Source of the DNA: a virus
Taxonomy: Duplodnaviria > Caudoviricetes
Length of the DNA: 37,339 nucleotides
Virus record (IMG/VR): IMGVR_UViG_3300008005_000038
Span: 1 to 37,339 of that record
Direction: 5' to 3' (one strand)
Below are positions 34,275-37,339 of the stretch, piece by piece. The notes below the pieces were generated by a model that did no database searches, was not told where the DNA came from, and saw only the letters and a program-made list of their open reading frames with translations. The first letter of the stretch is position 1. Every line of letters starts with the position of its first letter. The position numbers and the translations under genes are program-made.

Positions 34275-34504
34275 TGGAGATGATCCGGGATCTTTGGGGG
34301 CTGATCGTGGCGGCTATCAGCGCGCTGTTCTGGCTGTCGCGGCTGGAATGGCGCGGGCTTCAGAATGAGCGCGAGATTCGCCGCCTCTGGGCGCAGCGAA
34401 AGGAGGATCTTGAGCGGGCGAGCGCGAGCCGCGCGGAGACGCTGAAAGTGCTGGAGGAAATCCAGAAAGACATCAAGGAAATCCTGAAAAGGAACGCGAA
34501 ATGA
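34274..34504 (+). CDS. Single-TM coiled-coil lysis-cassette protein (holin/antiholin-like)
   Basis: N-terminal TM helix plus coiled coil; first gene of the lysis cassette. Confidence 0.6.
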   Translation: MEMIRDLWGLIVAAISALFWLSRLEWRGLQNEREIRRLWAQRKEDLERASASRAETLKVLEEIQKDIKEILKRNAK

Positions 34505-34719
34505 AGCTTGTCCCGAACTGGAGGCGCGCATGGCGCTGGTATTCCGTGCAGGCGTCCATCATTGGCGCGGCGCTGGTCAGCGCGTGGCCGATCCTGCCCG
34601 CCGGCCTGCGCGCCGATCTGCCCGATGGGCTGCGCACCATCATCGCCGTGGTCACGCTGCTGGCGGTGGTGCCAGGGCGGATCGTGAAACAGGAGGATGA
34701 CGATGAAAACCGTCCGTGA
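34501..34719 (+). CDS. Holin
   Basis: MKLVPNWRRAWRWYSVQA; two TM helices; C-terminal RIVKQ. Confidence 0.8.
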   Translation: MKLVPNWRRAWRWYSVQASIIGAALVSAWPILPAGLRADLPDGLRTIIAVVTLLAVVPGRIVKQEDDDENRP

Positions 34720-35317
34720 ACTGGCCGAGGAAATCGTCGATCGCGAAGGCGGCTACGTCAACGATCCCGACGATCCCGGCGGGCCGACAAAGCACGGCGT
34801 GACGATCCACACCGCGCGGCGGCTGGGCCTCGACCTCGACGGGGACGGCGACGTGGACGCGCAGGACGTGATGATGATCACGCGGCGCCAGGCGGTGCGC
34901 ATCTTCATCGACCAGTATTACCGCGCGCCCCGGATCGACCGCCTGCCCGAGGCCCTGCAACCTTCGGTCTTCGACATGCAGGTGAATGCCGGCTCCGGCG
35001 CGGTGCGCATTTTGCAGGACCTGTTGACCGACCACGGTGAGCCGGTTGCGGTTGACGGGATCATCGGCCCGATGACGGCGGCGGCGGCGTTTCGCGCGGC
35101 CGACAGGATCGGCGACCGCGAACTGGCCAATGCCTACGGCATCGCGCGGCGCGAGTGGTATTACCGGCTGGCCGACCGCCGCCCGCCCTCGCGGAAATAC
35201 GCCACGCGCCGCGATGGCGGCAAGGGTGGCTGGATCCGGCGGGCGGAGGAATTCCTGCCGCCCGAGCTGCACCTGACGCAGGCCGAGCACGAGGCTCGCA
35301 CGGCGGGGTGGCGGTGA
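34703..35317 (+). CDS. Endolysin, GH108 family muramidase
   Basis: REGGYVNDPDDPGGPTKHGVT; FDMQVNAG; VDGIIGPMT; GWIRRA. Confidence 0.92.
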   Translation: MKTVRELAEEIVDREGGYVNDPDDPGGPTKHGVTIHTARRLGLDLDGDGDVDAQDVMMITRRQAVRIFIDQYYRAPRIDRLPEALQPSVFDMQVNAGSGAVRILQDLLTDHGEPVAVDGIIGPMTAAAAFRAADRIGDRELANAYGIARREWYYRLADRRPPSRKYATRRDGGKGGWIRRAEEFLPPELHLTQAEHEARTAGWR

Positions 35318-35493
35318 TGGCCTGGCTGGTCTACGCCGTGCCGCTGGCGCTTTTCTGGGGACTGTGGGGGCTGGTCCACCTGCTGGGCTGGCACCCGGTG
35401 CTGGACTACCTCGCCTTCGGCGCGGCTTTCGCGGCAACGGTTGTCGCGGCTCTGGTCGCTGCGCTCGACGCCGCCATGTGGCGGGGGCGGTGA
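35317..35493 (+). CDS. Small two-TM membrane protein
   Basis: MAWLVYAVPLALFWGLWG...; TGATG coupling at both ends. Confidence 0.65.
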   Translation: MAWLVYAVPLALFWGLWGLVHLLGWHPVLDYLAFGAAFAATVVAALVAALDAAMWRGR

Positions 35494-35816
35494 TGTTCGG
35501 CCTCGGTCTCTCCGGCATCCTGCGCAGCGCCACCGTGCTTGCGGTCATCGGGGTGCTGGCGTGGGGTGGGCGCGCCCTGTGGCAGGCGGGCTATGCCGCC
35601 GCAGAGCGTGACCGGGCCGAGGCGGTGGAGGCGCTGCAAGACAGGCTCGACGCGGTGACGGCCGCGACGATGCAGGACGTGGCCGAGGCGCTGCAATGGC
35701 GCCGCGACCTGACCGCCCGCGAAAGGAGGCTGATCCTCGATGCGATGCAAGACCCTGATGCTGACCGCCGCGCTCTTGGCGCTGGCAGCGTGCAGCGGCT
35801 CGATCAAATCCGCTGA
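35493..35816 (+). CDS. i-spanin (Rz-like)
   Basis: N-terminal TM helix plus coiled coil; overlaps the lipoprotein gene. Confidence 0.75.
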   Translation: MFGLGLSGILRSATVLAVIGVLAWGGRALWQAGYAAAERDRAEAVEALQDRLDAVTAATMQDVAEALQWRRDLTARERRLILDAMQDPDADRRALGAGSVQRLDQIR

Positions 35817-36024
35817 GATCGACGTGGCCCCGCCGGGGGCCGCTCTGACGGAGCCGTGCTCCCCGCCGGTGGCGCTGCCCGACCGGGCGCTGACACAGGC
35901 CGAGGTCGAGGTGCGCTGGGCGCGCGACCGGGTGGATCTGCTCGATTGCGGCAAGCGGCACGCGGCGCTGGCTGATCATGCTGGCCGCCTCGGCGCCGCG
36001 CTGTCCGGGGAGGGTGCGCAATGA
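35740..36024 (+). CDS. o-spanin lipoprotein (Rz1-like)
   Basis: Lipobox LALAAC; LTEPCSPPVALP...WARDRVDLLDC. Confidence 0.8.
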   Translation: MRCKTLMLTAALLALAACSGSIKSAEIDVAPPGAALTEPCSPPVALPDRALTQAEVEVRWARDRVDLLDCGKRHAALADHAGRLGAALSGEGAQ

Positions 36025-36248
36025 TCGGAGAGTTGATCATCCTCGTGCGGATCTGCGCGGCGCTGGGCGGCGAGGTGGAGTGCCGCGAGGTCGAGGTTCC
36101 GACCGAGATCGCCGTGCGAGAGGAGTGCGCCGCCGAGGCCGAGGCAGAGGCCAACGCGGCGCTCAACCTGGCGCTGCTGCATTCGATGCGCCATGTCGAC
36201 GTCCGGGTCGAGAGCGTCGAGGCCCGCTGCGCCGGCTGGCCGATGTAG
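36021..36248 (+). CDS. Small four-Cys hypothetical protein
   Basis: 75 aa; ATGA-coupled to the o-spanin; hydrophobic N-terminus. Confidence 0.6.
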   Translation: MIGELIILVRICAALGGEVECREVEVPTEIAVREECAAEAEAEANAALNLALLHSMRHVDVRVESVEARCAGWPM

Positions 36249-36333
36249 TCCCCGTAGGGGGATGCGCGCCGGGCGCTTCCCGGTATGTCGCGGCGGGCCG
36301 ATCCGGCCTGTCGTCTGTCTGACCTGTCAACTC

Positions 36334-36367
36334 GCCCCGCCAGTCTCACCCGCTGGCGGGGTCTTTT
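36334..36367 (+). terminator. Intrinsic terminator ending the late operon
   Basis: GCCCCGCCAG/CTGGCGGGGT stem followed by CTTTT. Confidence 0.7.
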
Positions 36368-36579
36368 CGTGCGGCGCCTTGCGGCTCGTCGCGGTCGATC
36401 AGCGTCATCAGCCCGCGATAGGCGCGCTCGTGGACGCAGGGCGCGCCGCGCAGCCAGCGGCCGAGGCTGGCTTGCGTCGTGCCGAGCCTAGGCGCCGCAG
36501 CGTAGGCCGTCAGCCCGTGCCGCGCGATCCAGTCGCGCAGCACCTCGGCAAAGGGGCGGGGGTCATCGAGGGGCGTCAT
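36346..36579 (-). CDS. Small XRE-like HTH protein
   Basis: FAEVLRDWIARHGLTAYAAAPRLGTTQASLGRWLRG; ATGA-coupled to the upstream ORF. Confidence 0.7.
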   Translation of the reverse strand: MTPLDDPRPFAEVLRDWIARHGLTAYAAAPRLGTTQASLGRWLRGAPCVHERAYRGLMTLIDRDEPQGAARKDPASG

Positions 36580-36830
36580 CGCACATACTCCATCCACGCA
36601 TGGCCGAGGGTGTTGCCAAAGTCGCCGGTCCAACTCGCATCCTCCCGGGTCGCGCCCGGCTCGATCCGCGACAGTATCCACGGCGCGGCGGGGCGCGCCT
36701 CCTGATCGGCCTCCAGCGGTGGCGTGGCGGTCTGGTGCATCTCGCGCCAGAGCCGGGGCGCGGCCTGCGATTTGAGGCAGGCCGCCACCGTCAGGACCGG
36801 GGCCTCGCCGCGCCAGAGCGTAGCGACCAG
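36576..36830 (-). CDS. Hypothetical protein, start uncertain or 5'-truncated
   Basis: Protein-like stretch ATLWRGEAPVLTVAACLK...WTGDFGNTLGHAWMEYVR; no clear start codon outside the nuclease ORF. Confidence 0.4.
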   Translation of the reverse strand: MVATLWRGEAPVLTVAACLKSQAAPRLWREMHQTATPPLEADQEARPAAPWILSRIEPGATREDASWTGDFGNTLGHAWMEYVR

Positions 36831-37186
36831 GTTGCGGCCGTGCTGGGCCGCCACTCCCGCGCCAGCCCCTCCTCGATCAGCACCGACCCCACCGTGCGCC
36901 CGCCGGGCAGCGCGAGCCAGACCAGCGGGCGGCCGTAGACGTCGCTTTGGCCCGACCCGAGCACGACCAGGCCGGGTGTCTGCAGCATCTCCGACATGCG
37001 CGCGAGCGCACGGATGGCGCGCCGGTGCTCCGCCGGGCAGTCCGCCCGCCACCCCAGATCCGGCGCGTCGAACCCCGAGACATAGGGCGCGCCATCGCCC
37101 ATAGGCCGCAGGTTGACCCCGTCGCACTTGACGGTGTCGCCATCGACGGCGAGCAGGACAGCGCAGGAGATGATGACAGGGTCCAT
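36791..37186 (-). CDS. Thermonuclease (SNase) family protein
   Basis: AVDGDTVKC, GFDAPD, DVYGRPL, VGSVLIEEGLAREW. Confidence 0.85.
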   Translation of the reverse strand: MDPVIISCAVLLAVDGDTVKCDGVNLRPMGDGAPYVSGFDAPDLGWRADCPAEHRRAIRALARMSEMLQTPGLVVLGSGQSDVYGRPLVWLALPGGRTVGSVLIEEGLAREWRPSTAATWSLRSGAARPRS

Positions 37187-37213
37187 TGAGGAGATTCCAG
37201 GTCTGGCGACAGC

Positions 37214-37285
37214 CCCGACCTGCGGGACACTCGGCGCCTAAGTCATTGATTCACAATGCCGCATATCGCCCGACCTGCGGGACAC
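37214..37285. repeat. att-arm region: 17-bp direct repeats flanking an IHF consensus site
   Basis: cccgacctgcgggacac at 37214-30 and 37269-85; TAAGTCATTGATT (37239-51) reverse-complements to AATCAATGACTTA = WATCAANNNNTTR. Confidence 0.7.
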
Positions 37286-37319
37286 CTTCCCCTTGATTTC
37301 ATTAGAAAAAACGGGGATT

Positions 37320-37339
37320 TGGTGGGCGACCCTGGAATC
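37320..37339 (-). tRNA. 3' end of a tRNA (probably tRNA-Tyr), prophage att core; rest of gene lies beyond the window
   Basis: Minus strand GATTCCAGGGTCGCCCACCA: part of the T arm, acceptor strand and CCA. Isotype is from recalled alphaproteobacterial tRNA-Tyr sequences; the anticodon is not in the window. Confidence 0.75.

Larger units (their letters stand above)
1..37339. mobile_element. Lambda-like temperate siphovirus prophage (left end and integrase outside window; right end at tRNA att site)
   Basis: Ordered modules: early genes, cI/cro, primase/helicase, cos, terminase, portal, capsid, tail, lysis, then att arm and tRNA 3' end. Most genes are ATGA/GTGA-coupled. Confidence 0.97.

Noticed and set aside
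37193-37201. GATTCCAGG, an inverted 9-bp copy of part of the att core
   Set aside because: Too short to assign a function.

Overview
High-GC window containing most of a temperate, lambda-like siphovirus prophage. The host is probably Rhodobacteraceae/Alphaproteobacteria, judged from gene families, CCUCCUCCC 'cuckoo' hairpins and a tRNA-Tyr-type 3' end. Layout: a leftward early operon (1-4549) whose distal end and integrase lie outside the window; two inserted membrane-protein genes; a cI/cro switch with repeated operators; a rightward early/replication operon (primase, D5/P4-type helicase, iteron-like origin); a late regulator and late promoter; a cos site; lambda-type terminase and portal; a ClpP-capsid fusion; a tail module with a -1 frameshift chaperone and two receptor-binding proteins; lysis genes; a few reverse-oriented accessory genes; and the att arm next to a tRNA 3' end. 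The most unusual feature is a ~620-nt run of back-to-back tRNA-like RNA modules (7500-8121) inside the early operon. It includes a degenerate initiator tRNA(fMet) mimic ending in ACCA and a long-variable-arm cloverleaf, and ends in an anti-Shine-Dalgarno 'cuckoo' hairpin; a second cuckoo hairpin lies after cro. Also notable are a candidate Acb2/Tad1-like immune-signal sponge, a beta-clamp-like protein, an apparently non-cleavable repressor and several frameshifted early genes. All family assignments come from motif recognition by eye, not from database searches.
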